Assembly: GCA_040905465.1 (NCBI GenBank)
Contig: JBBDRK010000017.1
Coordinates: 79,274 to 143,273 of the forward strand
Reading direction: 5' to 3'
Length of the DNA stretch: 64,000 nt
From: Trueperaceae bacterium
Lineage (GTDB): Bacteria > Deinococcota > Deinococci > Deinococcales > Trueperaceae
Part shown: positions 10,003 to 20,485 of the stretch, in pieces
How the letters are laid out: the number at the start of each line of letters is the position of its first letter
How positions within the stretch are numbered: the stretch's first letter is position 1
Notes under the pieces: model-generated
The model's database searches: none
What the model was told of the DNA's origin: nothing
What the model saw: the letters and a program-made list of their open reading frames with translations, nothing else
Translations under genes and position numbers: made by a program

Positions 10003-11490
10003 GTGATTGACGTTGCCGCCTTGCTCGACGCGGTCGGCCAGCTCTGGTCGATATCCAACTTCCTGCTGATAGTCACGGGTGTTGCGGTCGGGATCGTCGT
10101 CGGTGTGATGCCGGGTCTCGGGGCTCCGCTGGGCATCGCCATCGCCCTTCCCTTCACGTTCTACCTGGACGCTTCCGGTTCTTTTTCGCTGCTGCTGGGG
10201 ATCTACTCGGGAGCCACCTATGGCGGCTCGATTTCGGCAATCGTCCTGGGTATTCCGGGGACTGCGTCGGCCGCGGCTACAGTCGTCGACGGTCATCCCC
10301 TGTTCAGGAAGGGCAGCGGCAATCAGGCCCTGGTTCTCTCGCTGGTCGGCTCGGTAATCGGGGGCCTCGTCAGCACGGTCTTCCTCACCCTGCTCGCGCC
10401 GGTGCTGGCCTCCTTCGCACTGCGCTTCGGGCCCCCGGAGTATTTCGCCCTGGGGGTTTTCGGGGTCTCGGTCGTGGGCCTGATATCCGGCGAAAGCCTG
10501 CTCAAGGGGCTGATCATGGGAGCGGTAGGCATCTTCCTCACCACGATCGGCATAGACCCCGTAAACGGAAACGTTCGCTTCACCTTCGGCTCGGTCGACC
10601 TCTATGCCGGACTGCCGCTCATCCCATTGTTGGTGGGGCTCTTCGCCCTTCCGGAGATGCTCGAAAAATCGGAGACGATAGTGAGGCGCGAGGTCCCGAA
10701 GCTCGCCAGCAGGCTGAAGCTGCCCAGCTTCGCATCGCTCTGGACTCACAAATTCAACTTCCTACGGTCCTCGCTGATCGGCACCGTGATCGGCATCATT
10801 CCCGCCGAGGGTGGAGCGATCGGAGCGTTCGTGAGCTACGGCGAGGCGAAGCGCTCGTCCAGGAAGCCCGAAGAGTTCGGTCACGGATCGCCGGAAGGGG
10901 TAGTCGCCGCGGAGACGGCCAACAACGCCACGGTAGGCGGAGCGCTGGTACCTACGCTCACGCTGGGGGTGCCGGGAAGCGCCGCCGCGGCAGTACTCCT
11001 GGGCGCGCTCCTGATACAGGGGCTCGACCCGGGGCCCAGGCTCTTCGTGGATGCCCCCGAACTCGTCTACTACATATTCGTATCGCTCTTCGTCATCAAC
11101 CTGGTGATGCTCTTCTTGGGCTGGGTAGCAATCGGTTCGGCCATAAAGCTGATCAAGGTACCCGATCAGATCCTCATTCCGATAGTCCTGATCCTGGCTT
11201 TCGTCGGTTCCTACGCAACCGTTGGGAGTCTCTACGGCGTCTGGATCCTTCTGCTCGTTGGTCTCGCCGGCTACGTCCTGAAGAAGTTCGGGTTTCCGTT
11301 GGTTCCCGTGGTCCTTGGCTTCGTTCTGGGCGGAATGATCGAGCGTAGCTTCAGGCATTCACTCACGATCGCCGACGGAAACCTGGCGATCTTCATTACC
11401 CGCCCGATATCGCTGACGATATTCCTACTCATGATCCTGGCGCTCCTGGCACCGGCGGTCTCCTCCTGGCTCGCGCGCCGGCGGAGCTGA
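10003..11490 (+). CDS. tctA: TTT large permease TctA
   Basis: GVMPGLG, YGGSISAIVLGIPGT, FGPPEYFAL, AAETANNA, LTLGVPGS. Confidence 0.95.
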   Translation: MIDVAALLDAVGQLWSISNFLLIVTGVAVGIVVGVMPGLGAPLGIAIALPFTFYLDASGSFSLLLGIYSGATYGGSISAIVLGIPGTASAAATVVDGHPLFRKGSGNQALVLSLVGSVIGGLVSTVFLTLLAPVLASFALRFGPPEYFALGVFGVSVVGLISGESLLKGLIMGAVGIFLTTIGIDPVNGNVRFTFGSVDLYAGLPLIPLLVGLFALPEMLEKSETIVRREVPKLASRLKLPSFASLWTHKFNFLRSSLIGTVIGIIPAEGGAIGAFVSYGEAKRSSRKPEEFGHGSPEGVVAAETANNATVGGALVPTLTLGVPGSAAAAVLLGALLIQGLDPGPRLFVDAPELVYYIFVSLFVINLVMLFLGWVAIGSAIKLIKVPDQILIPIVLILAFVGSYATVGSLYGVWILLLVGLAGYVLKKFGFPLVPVVLGFVLGGMIERSFRHSLTIADGNLAIFITRPISLTIFLLMILALLAPAVSSWLARRRS

Positions 11491-11540
11491 AGAGCGGGTG
11501 CGCGACCAGAGCTACGCTCGCACGCGGAAGGAGTGGTGTC

Positions 11541-13025
11541 ATGGCACACACCAAAGCAGACCGGCCCAACATCTTAATCGTCTATCCGGACCAGATGCGC
11601 TACGACGCAATGGGATGCGCCGGGAACCCGGTCGTCAAGACTCCTCACATAGACAGGCTGGCACACGAAGGTGTGATGTTCGAGGAGGCGTACGTAGCGA
11701 CGCCCATGTGCACGCCTTTCCGCTCGAGCTTGCACACGGGCAAGTACAGCCACGACACCGGCGCCTACAGCAACCATCACCCGATCGACGACGGTCACAC
11801 CAGCATGGCGGACCAACTCACAGAGATCGGTTACCGGACCGGTTACATCGGCAAGTGGCACCTCAACGGCGGTGAGGCTCCCGGTTTCGTACCGCCCGGG
11901 CGAAGACGTCTGGGTTTCGAGCACTTCGTCGGGTTCAATCGCGGCCACTACTACCTCGACGGAATCTACTTTCGTGACACCGAGCAGCCTTATCACTGCC
12001 CCCGGTTCGAGCCCGACTATCAGACGGATCAACTGCTGGATTTCATGGAGTCGAGCATCGACGACGACTCGGCAAGGCCGTTCTTCGGGCTGATTTCATA
12101 CGGCCCGCCTCACTTCCCGATGGACATGCCGAAGCACTACAAGGAACTGTACAGGCCCGAGGAGATCGTGCTCGGACCCACCTCCGGCGACATCGAGCTG
12201 CAGAAGAAGGTGACGCGTGAGCTGCTCGACAACGGTTTCCCCGCCGCCAGCGGCGTCTGGGGCGTCGGCGGCGCCGAAGCGGAGTTCGATGACGAGCAGG
12301 CCGTCCGGCGATTCATGGCCCACTACTACGGTCTGATGGCGAATATCGACCACAACGTCGGCAGGATCATGGCGTGGTTGGAGAAGAAGGGGATTGCGGA
12401 CGACACGGTAGTGATATTCCTGAGCGACCACGGAGACATGGCAGGCGAACACGGCTATCGTTGCGGCACCAAGAAGACCGCATTCCGCCAGTCGATGCAG
12501 GTTCCGCTGGTCGTCCGCTACCCGAAGCGTTTCCGGGCCGGAACGCGGGTGAGTTCCCTCGTCGACGTTGCCGTGGATACCATGCCGACCATCATGGAGC
12601 TGACCGACGCCGAGCTGCCCCGGGACGTGCACGGCGCCAGTTACCTGCCGTTGCTCGAGGGATCGCCGGAGCCCACCCGCGAGGCGGTGTTCTATCAGGT
12701 TCATCGAGAATTGGAAGGTCCCGAGCGCTTTCCCATTCCAGAGCGCGGCGTTCGTACCGAGGAGTGGCTCTACGTGCGGACTCCGACGGCGCCCAAGCTC
12801 CTTATCGACCTGAAGAACGACCCGGAGGAGCTTCACAACCTCGTTGGCGACGAGCAATACCGGTCGCAGGTCGACAGTTTGCAAGCCATGCTCGATGAGC
12901 ACATGCGGCGGACCGGAGATGACTTCTCCGCCGAAGCGATATTCCCGCCGGCAGGCTTCCTTAGCCACGAGGAGAAGTCCGAGAAGCAGCGACAGTTGGC
13001 CGAACGGGCGGTGGTCGAATGCTGA
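11541..13025 (+). CDS. Cys-type formylglycine-dependent sulfatase
   Basis: RPNILIVYPDQ, CTPFRSSLHTG, GKWHL, SDHGD. Confidence 0.93.
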   Translation: MAHTKADRPNILIVYPDQMRYDAMGCAGNPVVKTPHIDRLAHEGVMFEEAYVATPMCTPFRSSLHTGKYSHDTGAYSNHHPIDDGHTSMADQLTEIGYRTGYIGKWHLNGGEAPGFVPPGRRRLGFEHFVGFNRGHYYLDGIYFRDTEQPYHCPRFEPDYQTDQLLDFMESSIDDDSARPFFGLISYGPPHFPMDMPKHYKELYRPEEIVLGPTSGDIELQKKVTRELLDNGFPAASGVWGVGGAEAEFDDEQAVRRFMAHYYGLMANIDHNVGRIMAWLEKKGIADDTVVIFLSDHGDMAGEHGYRCGTKKTAFRQSMQVPLVVRYPKRFRAGTRVSSLVDVAVDTMPTIMELTDAELPRDVHGASYLPLLEGSPEPTREAVFYQVHRELEGPERFPIPERGVRTEEWLYVRTPTAPKLLIDLKNDPEELHNLVGDEQYRSQVDSLQAMLDEHMRRTGDDFSAEAIFPPAGFLSHEEKSEKQRQLAERAVVEC

Positions 13026-13041
13026 AGCGCAGGGAACCGAG

Positions 13042-14616
13042 ATGAGCGCAAGACCGAATGTCCTGCTGTTGCTCAGCGACGAGCACAGCTTTCGCTTCAT
13101 GGGCCATGTCTCGGAAGAGGAGGGTGGGGAGCCCGCTCACACCCCGAACTTCGACGACCTGGCAAGTAACGGGACCAGGTTCTCGGCGGCGTATTGCCAG
13201 GTCGCCGTCTGCACCCCTTCGCGTATCAGCATGCTCACCGGCCTCGAATCGCGCGAAAGTGGTGCCTGGTGGAACGACAGCGTCCTGCGACCGGAGTTGC
13301 CGACGCTTCCGGCCGTACTCGCGAAAGCCGGCTACGAAACCTGCCTGGTGGGCAAGATGCACCTCGGTGGGCGAAACCAGTTCGCCGGCTTCCACCACCG
13401 ACCGTACGGAGACCTGACTGGCGAAACCGGGCACCAGTGGGAGCCGCTGGACAGCCGCGAGACCGGCCCGTACGAGATGCGGGTGCGCACGGCGGGCGCC
13501 GGAGTGAGCGAGATCCCCGAGAGCCAGATGCAGGAGGCGATAGTCGTCGAGGAAGGGCTCTCGTTTGTGCGCGAGCAGGCCGCCGAGAAGCCTGAGCAGC
13601 CCTGGTTCCTGTGCCTGTCGTTCAGTAGGCCCCACTTTCCGCTCACCGCTCCCAAGCGGCACTTTTCCCGCTACTGGCCGGAGGGTGCGACTCCGCCTCG
13701 CGTGGGGCCGCATGGGGACGCGTTCGATCACCCGCTCAGCCGAGGTATGCGCGAGGGGTTCCGAGTCGAGGAGATATCCGAGGAGGAGTCGCTGCGGGCG
13801 CGCGCCGGCTACTTCGCCTGCGTGACCTACCTGGACGAGATCGCCGGCGACCTCCTGGCGCGGCTCGAGCGCGAGGGTCACCTCGAGAACACCGTCGTGA
13901 TCTACACTTCTGATCACGGCGAGATGGCCGGAGAGCACGGAGTCTGGTGGAAGCAAGGCTGGTACGAAGGGTGTACGAGGGTTCCGCTGCTGATGTCGTT
14001 GCCGGAACAGCGAAGCGGGGAGGGGAAACACGGCACCATCAGAACGCCGGTCGCCCTCACCGATCTCTTTCCCACCATCTGTTCCCTCACCGGTACCGAC
14101 TGCCCTGCAGATATTCACGGCCGCGACCTCTCCGCTGCGGTTCGAAGCGGAAACGAGCCGGAGGAGCGACCGGTGGTGTGCGACAATCTGGTGCCGCGGT
14201 GGGGCGAGGGAACGGAGTTCCGGATGGTGCGCTGGGGCAAGTACAAGTATGTGCGTTTCCGCGACGCCGCCAATCTCCTGTTCGATCTGGCAGAGGACCC
14301 TGACGAGCAGAGGAACCTGGTCGACTCCGACGATCCAGACGTAACCGATGCGCTCGAGCGACTGGAGGCCTTTGTTCGGGAGACGATGGACTTCGCGGCT
14401 GCCGAGCAGGAGCGAACCGAGCGCGACGGCGAGCTGGCCCAGCAGTATCGGCTGGAGGTCGAGGCGCCGGCGACCGGAAACCTCTACCTCATGCCGTCCG
14501 GCCGCCTGGTGAATGCCGAGGACGTGCTTTACAACCAGACCGTGGTGCTCGAGAGGCCGAACGAGGTGCTGATCGGCAAACCGGACGATTCGAGCGAGAG
14601 CGAAGGCAGAAGTTGA
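13042..14616 (+). CDS. Cys-type sulfatase (choline-sulfatase-like subgroup)
   Basis: RPNVLLLLSDEH, CTPSRISMLTG, GKMHL, PHFPL, SDHGEMAGEHG. Start at ATG 13042. Confidence 0.93.
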   Translation: MSARPNVLLLLSDEHSFRFMGHVSEEEGGEPAHTPNFDDLASNGTRFSAAYCQVAVCTPSRISMLTGLESRESGAWWNDSVLRPELPTLPAVLAKAGYETCLVGKMHLGGRNQFAGFHHRPYGDLTGETGHQWEPLDSRETGPYEMRVRTAGAGVSEIPESQMQEAIVVEEGLSFVREQAAEKPEQPWFLCLSFSRPHFPLTAPKRHFSRYWPEGATPPRVGPHGDAFDHPLSRGMREGFRVEEISEEESLRARAGYFACVTYLDEIAGDLLARLEREGHLENTVVIYTSDHGEMAGEHGVWWKQGWYEGCTRVPLLMSLPEQRSGEGKHGTIRTPVALTDLFPTICSLTGTDCPADIHGRDLSAAVRSGNEPEERPVVCDNLVPRWGEGTEFRMVRWGKYKYVRFRDAANLLFDLAEDPDEQRNLVDSDDPDVTDALERLEAFVRETMDFAAAEQERTERDGELAQQYRLEVEAPATGNLYLMPSGRLVNAEDVLYNQTVVLERPNEVLIGKPDDSSESEGRS

Positions 14617-14680
14617 CCGGCATACGTTTCGACAACGCCGGCCCAGAGAGGTCCGTGCTCGCCGAGCCGACGGCCGTCTG

Positions 14681-15280
14681 ATGGCTCCGGTGAAGGTCGA
14701 CCCGGACAATATCCGCGAGTTCGAGGATTCGGACAGCTTTTACGAGTGGCTCGGCCTTCACCACGACAAGGAGTCCGAGCTGTGGATCAAGATCCACAAG
14801 GTGGGATCGGGGCTCAGCACGATTACGCCCAAGGAAGCCATCGACGTCGTCCTCTGCTGGGGTTGGATCGACGGGATACGGAAGGCGTTCGACGACAAGA
14901 GTTACCTGCAGCGTTACACGCCCCGCGGCAAGAAGAGCATCTGGAGCCAGATCAACGTCGACAATGTCGCTCGCTTGGTCGACGAGGGCCGGATGACGGA
15001 GCACGGCCTGAGCCAGGTCGAAGCGGCCGAGGCCGACGGGCGCTGGGAACGCGCCTACCAGGGCGGCCGGGAGATGACGATTCCCGCCGATCTGCAGGCC
15101 GCCATCGACGCCGAGCCCAAGGCCAGGGAGATGCTGGAGAGATTGAGCGCCCAGAATCGCTACGCCCTGGCATTCCGGACTCACAACATGAAAACCGAAG
15201 CAGGCCGGCAAAGGAAGATCGCGAGCTTCGTCGAGATGCTCAAGCGCGGTGAGACTTTCTACCCACAGGGCAAGAAGTGA
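14681..15280 (+). CDS. YdeI/OmpD-associated family protein
   Basis: LCWGWIDG, YTPRGKKSIWSQIN, IPADLQAAI, KTEAGRQRKI. Confidence 0.9.
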   Translation: MAPVKVDPDNIREFEDSDSFYEWLGLHHDKESELWIKIHKVGSGLSTITPKEAIDVVLCWGWIDGIRKAFDDKSYLQRYTPRGKKSIWSQINVDNVARLVDEGRMTEHGLSQVEAAEADGRWERAYQGGREMTIPADLQAAIDAEPKAREMLERLSAQNRYALAFRTHNMKTEAGRQRKIASFVEMLKRGETFYPQGKK

Positions 15281-15352
15281 GCTCTCGGCGATCTCGACCG
15301 GCAGGTCCTTTCTGTTGTCACCAAGCGAAATCGGCTGAAGGACGACTGCTCC

Positions 15353-15408
15353 ATGAACGTGACTGAATGAACGTGGCTGAGTGAGAGCGGCTGAGTGAGA
15401 GTGGCTGA
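15353..15408 (+). repeat. Four degenerate 14-bp tandem repeats directly upstream of the SDR start
   Basis: ATGAACGTGACTGA / ATGAACGTGGCTGA / GTGAGAGCGGCTGA / GTGAGAGTGGCTGA. Confidence 0.85.
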
Positions 15409-16413
15409 ATGATGCGAACTCCGGGCCAAGGCGACCTCGACGCACTTTCCAGGGAAATCGAGCGCTACCTGGCGCGCCTGCCGCGGCAGGGTGGTCGTGT
15501 GGCGTTGGTAACGGGGGCGAACGGAGCGCTGGGCGCCGAAGTCGCCAGGTTCCTGGCTCTGAAGGGCGCGTCTGTGGTCATGGCCTGTCGAAACCTGGAA
15601 ACGGGGGAGCGGGCGCGGCAGGGCATCCAGGATGAACTATCGAAGGCGAAATCGGAGCCGCCGCAGCTCGAGCTGATGCATTTGGACCTCGGGTCGCTCG
15701 CTTCGGTGCGCCGGTTCGCACAGGCGTTCAGCGACGGGCATCAACGCCTCGATCTGCTCTTCGCCAATGCCGGCATCATGGCCGTAGAGCGGCGACTTAC
15801 CGAGGACGGCTTCGAGGCGCAGTTCGGCGTGAATCACCTCGGTCACTTTGCCCTGACGGGACGACTGCTACCGATGCTGCTGTCGACGCCCAGGGCAAGG
15901 GTGGTGACCACTACCAGCAGCGCCGCCTACGGCGGCCGCATCGAATTCGACGACCTCACGGGTGAGCGCGGATACAGGCGCTGGACCGCTTACAGCCAGT
16001 CCAAGCTCGCAAATATCCTGTTCGCCTTCGGCCTGCAGCGGCGGCTTTTAGCTGCAGGAGCCGGCGCCGCAGCCAGTTCCGCCCATCCGGGTCTGGTTCA
16101 TACCGACCTGCAGCGAAATGCTGCCGTGGCGACGCGCTCAAGTATCGAGGGGTGGCTGCTGGAACGGGCGGTGCCCCTGCTGGGACAGAGCGCCTCAATG
16201 GGCGCCCTGCCACTGCTCTACGCTGCACTCGCTCCCTCTTCGAACGGTGGTGAACTCTGGGGGCCGCGCTGGAGCTTCTTCAGAGGCCGGCCGGTAGTGC
16301 AGAAACCACCGAGATCGGCCCTGGACACGAGTTTGCAGGACCGGCTGTGGCGGGTGTCGGAGGAACTCACGGGTGTTGACTTCGCAGGCATTGCGCGAAA
16401 CATTGCCGGCTGA
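15409..16413 (+). CDS. Short-chain dehydrogenase/reductase (retinol-DH/WWOX-like)
   Basis: TGANGALG, NAGIM, FGVNHLGHF, YSQSK, HPGLV. Confidence 0.92.
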   Translation: MMRTPGQGDLDALSREIERYLARLPRQGGRVALVTGANGALGAEVARFLALKGASVVMACRNLETGERARQGIQDELSKAKSEPPQLELMHLDLGSLASVRRFAQAFSDGHQRLDLLFANAGIMAVERRLTEDGFEAQFGVNHLGHFALTGRLLPMLLSTPRARVVTTTSSAAYGGRIEFDDLTGERGYRRWTAYSQSKLANILFAFGLQRRLLAAGAGAAASSAHPGLVHTDLQRNAAVATRSSIEGWLLERAVPLLGQSASMGALPLLYAALAPSSNGGELWGPRWSFFRGRPVVQKPPRSALDTSLQDRLWRVSEELTGVDFAGIARNIAG

Positions 16414-16490
16414 CGAACTGGCCCAGCGACACTTGGTGTAATGGACGACAACAAGCAAACTTAGAGGAGCTCCCTGCTCAAGTCCTAGCC

Positions 16491-18074
16491 CTAATCCAGG
16501 TACTCGTAGGCCGGCAGCGTGAGAAAGTCTATGAATTCAGGCTCGAGTACCAACTTGTCGAGGATGGCAGCGGCTTCCCGGTAGCGGCTGTTTTCTTCCC
16601 CGCCTAAGGACTGGAGCTCTTCGGCGCGTACGTCCCAATAGAATTCCGCCGTCATCGTTCGTCCATCATCTAATCGAGTCGCGTTCCGGATCCACTGCCA
16701 GAGTTGGGCTCGGCTGATCTCGGCCGTGGCAGCGTCTTCCATCAGGTTATTGATAGCGGCCGCACCATTGCCGTTCAGCCAGGAGTTGATGTACTGAAGC
16801 GCGACGCTCACATTGTTGCGGACTCCGGTCGCCGTAACAGCACCGTCGGCCACCTCGAAATCCACCAGACGCTCGCCGGCCACCGTCACTTGCTCTCGAA
16901 GCTCATGCTTCTGATTCTGACGGTCTCCCAGTGTCTGGTCGAAAACTTCGCGGGCGACCGCGACCAGGCCAGGGTGCGCTACCCAGGTGCCGTCAAAGCC
17001 CTTGTCGGCTTCGAGCTGCTTGTCTTCGTGGACCTTCTCAAACGCCATTGCATTGACATCTTGATCTGAGCGGCTCGGAATAAAGGCAGCCATACCCCCG
17101 ATCGCGTGTGCGCCCCGCTTATGGCACGCGCGTACAAGCGCATCGGTGTATGAGCTCATGAACGGGATCGACATGGTCACCTGGGCTCGGTCTGGAAGCA
17201 CCAGGTCCTCACGGTTCCGGAACTTCTTGATGATGCTGAAGATATAGTCCCAGCGCCCCGCGTTCAGCCCCGCCGCGTGGTCACGAATCTCGTAGAGTAT
17301 CTCCTCCATCTCGAAGGCGGCAAGAATCGTTTCGATCAACACGGTTGCACGAACAGTGCCTTGGGGAATGCCCAGGTACTCCTGCGCCTTGACGAACACA
17401 TCGTTCCAGAGGCGCGCTTCCAACCGGTTTTCGAGCTTGGGCAGATAGTAGTAAGGGCCGCTTCCCCGTCTGGTCAATACTTCAGCGTTATGGAAGAGAT
17501 AGAGCGCGAAGTCGAATATGCTGGCAGAGACAGGTTCGCCGTCTACGGTGAGATGGCGCTCCGTCAGATGCCACCCTCGCGGTCTAACGACCAATGTGGC
17601 GATGCGATCGTTTAGGGTATATCGTTTTCCACGGGAGGCGTCGTCCAGTGAGATCGTACGGCGTACGGCATCACGCAGGTTTATCTGTCCCTGCAAGATG
17701 TTCTGCCACGTTGGTGCCAGCGAATCTTCGAAGTCCGCCATGAATACGCTGGCGCCAGAATTGAGGGCGTTGATTACCATCTTTCGATCAACCGGACCGG
17801 TTATTTCCACACGCCGGTCCTGCAGGTCACCTGGGGTCGCGGCGACCGACCAAGCTGCGTTGCGAATGTTTTCCGTCTCGTCGGGGTAACTGGGTAGCTC
17901 TCCTCGGTCGAACGCCGCTTGCCGGTCGTTTCGAGCAGCAAGAAGTTCACGTCGCCTCGGCTCGAACTCCTCATGCAGAGCCGCAACGAAGCGGAGGGCG
18001 GGTTCCGAGAGAATCCCGGCGTGGTCGCCGGTGGGAACTGCGATGTGACCGTTGCTCGTGCTGTTTGTTGGCAT
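16491..18074 (-). CDS. aceB: Malate synthase A
   Basis: [58 protein letters not shown]. Start at MPTNS (18074). Confidence 0.97.
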   Translation of the reverse strand: MPTNSTSNGHIAVPTGDHAGILSEPALRFVAALHEEFEPRRRELLAARNDRQAAFDRGELPSYPDETENIRNAAWSVAATPGDLQDRRVEITGPVDRKMVINALNSGASVFMADFEDSLAPTWQNILQGQINLRDAVRRTISLDDASRGKRYTLNDRIATLVVRPRGWHLTERHLTVDGEPVSASIFDFALYLFHNAEVLTRRGSGPYYYLPKLENRLEARLWNDVFVKAQEYLGIPQGTVRATVLIETILAAFEMEEILYEIRDHAAGLNAGRWDYIFSIIKKFRNREDLVLPDRAQVTMSIPFMSSYTDALVRACHKRGAHAIGGMAAFIPSRSDQDVNAMAFEKVHEDKQLEADKGFDGTWVAHPGLVAVAREVFDQTLGDRQNQKHELREQVTVAGERLVDFEVADGAVTATGVRNNVSVALQYINSWLNGNGAAAINNLMEDAATAEISRAQLWQWIRNATRLDDGRTMTAEFYWDVRAEELQSLGGEENSRYREAAAILDKLVLEPEFIDFLTLPAYEYLD

Positions 18075-18136
18075 CGTGTTACCGCCTTGCGAGTGGAGTT
18101 CCGGCGAGGTCCTGATGGCCGAGTCATCGAGGGTTT

Positions 18137-18158
18137 GTATTCTAGCATGCTGGCATAC
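18137..18158. promoter_or_regulatory. Operator box 1, overlapping an extended -10 of aceB
   Basis: GTATTC-ta-GCATGC-tg-GCATAC; the minus strand contains TGcTAGAAT. Confidence 0.6.
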
Positions 18159-18256
18159 CATAGTGGATGATTGGCCGCCTTCGTCAGCAGTAAATTCCTG
18201 TCCGTTTCCGCATCCCTCACGGGCAATAGTCGTAATCGGCGTTTTCGATCTTCAGA

Positions 18257-18967
18257 TCAGCGGTTGGCGGTCTCGCGAACTAGCGAAGTCAACCGTTCTT
18301 GCTGAACCTCGCGACCCCGGTCCATATGCTCAGCCATTACTTTCGCCGCCACATCGACATTTCCGCCGACTACCGCATTGCGAAGTTGCTGGTGCTCGTC
18401 GAGTGCGGCGGCGTGTCTAGCGGACGGCGAACGTGCCCGATAGCGTTCCATCGCGTCGATGACTTGACTGAGCATGTCCGCGCCCCACCGGTTACCGCTC
18501 AGCTTGTGAATCGCTGAGTGGAATGCCCTACCAAGATCGAGCAGGCGATCGAGGTTGGAGTTCTGCAACGCGTCGCGCATATCCGCCAGAATCTCGTCCA
18601 TGCGTTGGAGGGCTGCAGCTCCGGCTTCCCCGTGCCTTCCGTCGCGAACACTTTGCGCCGCCTTCTTTGTCAACAGGACCTCGAGCGCACTGCGTACGTC
18701 CATCAGTTGTTCGAGTTCGCCGGCCGATAGCGTGGACACTCGCACACCACCCTGAGGCAGTCGTTCTAGAAATCGCTCTCGTTCTAGCCGCTTGAACGCT
18801 TCTCGCAGCGGCGTTCTGCTTACCTGGAGTTCGCGCGCCAGATCTGCCTCGACAAGGCGTTGCCCAGGCCGCAAATCGCCTCGGATTATGGCGGCTGCGA
18901 GTTTCGAGTAGACACCATCGGCAATAGTGGTCGTATGAATCTGACTGTTGTCGGTTAGTTTATACAC
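18257..18967 (-). CDS. GntR family regulator with FCD domain
   Basis: LRPGQRLVEADLARELQVSRTPLREA HTH; FH..I...SGN and EH..L FCD motifs. Confidence 0.93.
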   Translation of the reverse strand: MYKLTDNSQIHTTTIADGVYSKLAAAIIRGDLRPGQRLVEADLARELQVSRTPLREAFKRLERERFLERLPQGGVRVSTLSAGELEQLMDVRSALEVLLTKKAAQSVRDGRHGEAGAAALQRMDEILADMRDALQNSNLDRLLDLGRAFHSAIHKLSGNRWGADMLSQVIDAMERYRARSPSARHAAALDEHQQLRNAVVGGNVDVAAKVMAEHMDRGREVQQERLTSLVRETANR

Positions 18968-19042
18968 GTTGTAATCCCCACTTTACGTCAAGACCAATCG
19001 TCGCATGTTCAGGCGCTGCCGCTGTCGACTAAATCAGGGTTA

Positions 19043-19056
19043 GTATACTCGCATAC
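19043..19056. promoter_or_regulatory. Operator box 2 in the divergent gntR/MFS intergenic region
   Basis: GTATAC-tc-GCATAC, containing a -10-like TATACT. Confidence 0.6.
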
Positions 19057-19128
19057 CGGCGGACAAGCTGCCTGGGTCGACGAGCGGCTGGAGAATGCCG
19101 CCGAGCCTGACTGACGTAACGAGGTTCG

Positions 19129-20433
19129 ATGCGGAAAATGTCAACCAGCTTCCGACTATCTGAGACGGTAGTTCGTTGGCGTGTACCTCTTTCTGCTTGC
19201 GCACTTCAGTTCCTTCAGTCGGTCTTGATCCTTCAGTCGTTCGGAGCCTACGCCGCGGTCTGGAGTGTCGAGTTCGGTTGGAGCAAGACTGCTCTGGCGC
19301 TTGCTTATTCGATGCACCGGGCCGAGGCCGGCCTCTTGGGTCCGGTCCAAGGTTGGTTGATCGCACGCGTCGGCATCCGGACGGTACTGCGTAGCGGGGT
19401 ACTTTTGCTCGGGATCGGTTTCCTACTCCTAAGTCGTGTCGATTCGATACTCGCACTCTTCCTCACGCTGTTCCTGACCGCGATTGGTGGCGGCTTCCTC
19501 GGCCTGCTTTCCCTTTCGAGCGTAATCGTGAGCGAGTTCGAGCGCTCTCGCTCCAAAGCGTTGGCGGTACTACAGTTCGGTATCAGCCTGGGCGGACTTG
19601 CGGTACCGATAATGGCTTGGGCCCTCGTCGCCATCGGTTGGCGACCCGTTGCCGTGATATCGGGACTCCTTGTCCTCACGCTCGGTTTCGCGCTCACCCA
19701 GCTAGTGAGCAGTTTCGCCATCCGGGCTGACAAAGTCCGGGTCAGAGAGGGCGGGGGTGCGGCTGAGCGCGACACCTACACGACTGCCGCTACAGCGAGC
19801 GTCGGTGAGTGGAGCGCGGCAAGTGCCGTTAGGACCAGTGCTTTCTGGCTCGTTGCGCTCGGACATGCTGGATCTGTTGCCGTTGTGGCAGCCGTTAACG
19901 TGCACCTCGTCGTCTTTCTAACTGAGGACATGGGCTACTCGGTACCGTCCGCGGCCATGGTCTTTGCATTGATAACTGCTGCGTCGGTGATGGGACACGT
20001 TTTGGGGGGAATCGCGGGCGACAAGTTCAGCAGGCATCGGGTAGCGGCAGTCGCTACACTGGGCCACTTTGTCGCAATGGTAGTACTGGCGGTAAGCTCC
20101 GGAGCGCTCTTGGTAGTATTGTTCGCCGTGACGCACGGGCTCGCCTGGGGAATTCGGGCACCCCTTATGGGAGCTCTCCGGGCCGACTATTTCGGAGTGA
20201 AGGCATATCCGCTCACCATGGGAGTATCCTCGCTCGTCGTTATGCTGGGCTCACTTGCCGGTCCGCTTGCGGTAGGTACGGCCGCGGACGTTTGGGCTAG
20301 ATTCGATCTCGGCTTCCTGGTGCTTGCCGGGATCGGCTTGTTGAGCGCGCTTGCATTCGCATTGGCAAGGCCGCCGGTGGTTCAAACGATCAAGCCGTCG
20401 AGGGCTTCGGCCGATGGGCTTGCGAGCGGGTAA
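19129..20433 (+). CDS. MFS transporter
   Basis: About 12 hydrophobic segments; GWLIARVGIR motif A-like, GIAGDKFSR, LRADYFG. Confidence 0.9.
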   Translation: MRKMSTSFRLSETVVRWRVPLSACALQFLQSVLILQSFGAYAAVWSVEFGWSKTALALAYSMHRAEAGLLGPVQGWLIARVGIRTVLRSGVLLLGIGFLLLSRVDSILALFLTLFLTAIGGGFLGLLSLSSVIVSEFERSRSKALAVLQFGISLGGLAVPIMAWALVAIGWRPVAVISGLLVLTLGFALTQLVSSFAIRADKVRVREGGGAAERDTYTTAATASVGEWSAASAVRTSAFWLVALGHAGSVAVVAAVNVHLVVFLTEDMGYSVPSAAMVFALITAASVMGHVLGGIAGDKFSRHRVAAVATLGHFVAMVVLAVSSGALLVVLFAVTHGLAWGIRAPLMGALRADYFGVKAYPLTMGVSSLVVMLGSLAGPLAVGTAADVWARFDLGFLVLAGIGLLSALAFALARPPVVQTIKPSRASADGLASG

Positions 20434-20485
20434 TCGTGTTGCGAATCGGGCCCTCGCCCGACTCTAGCTTTGAAGGGACGTCAAC

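Noticed and set aside
15353-15408. Tandem repeats as a CRISPR array
   Set aside because: The units are 14 bp, contiguous and have no spacers; there are no cas genes.
12096-15445. Long antisense ORFs (12096-13100, 12961-14709, 14489-15445) and similar ones across the window
   Set aside because: Shadow frames of GC-rich genes; no motifs or RBS.
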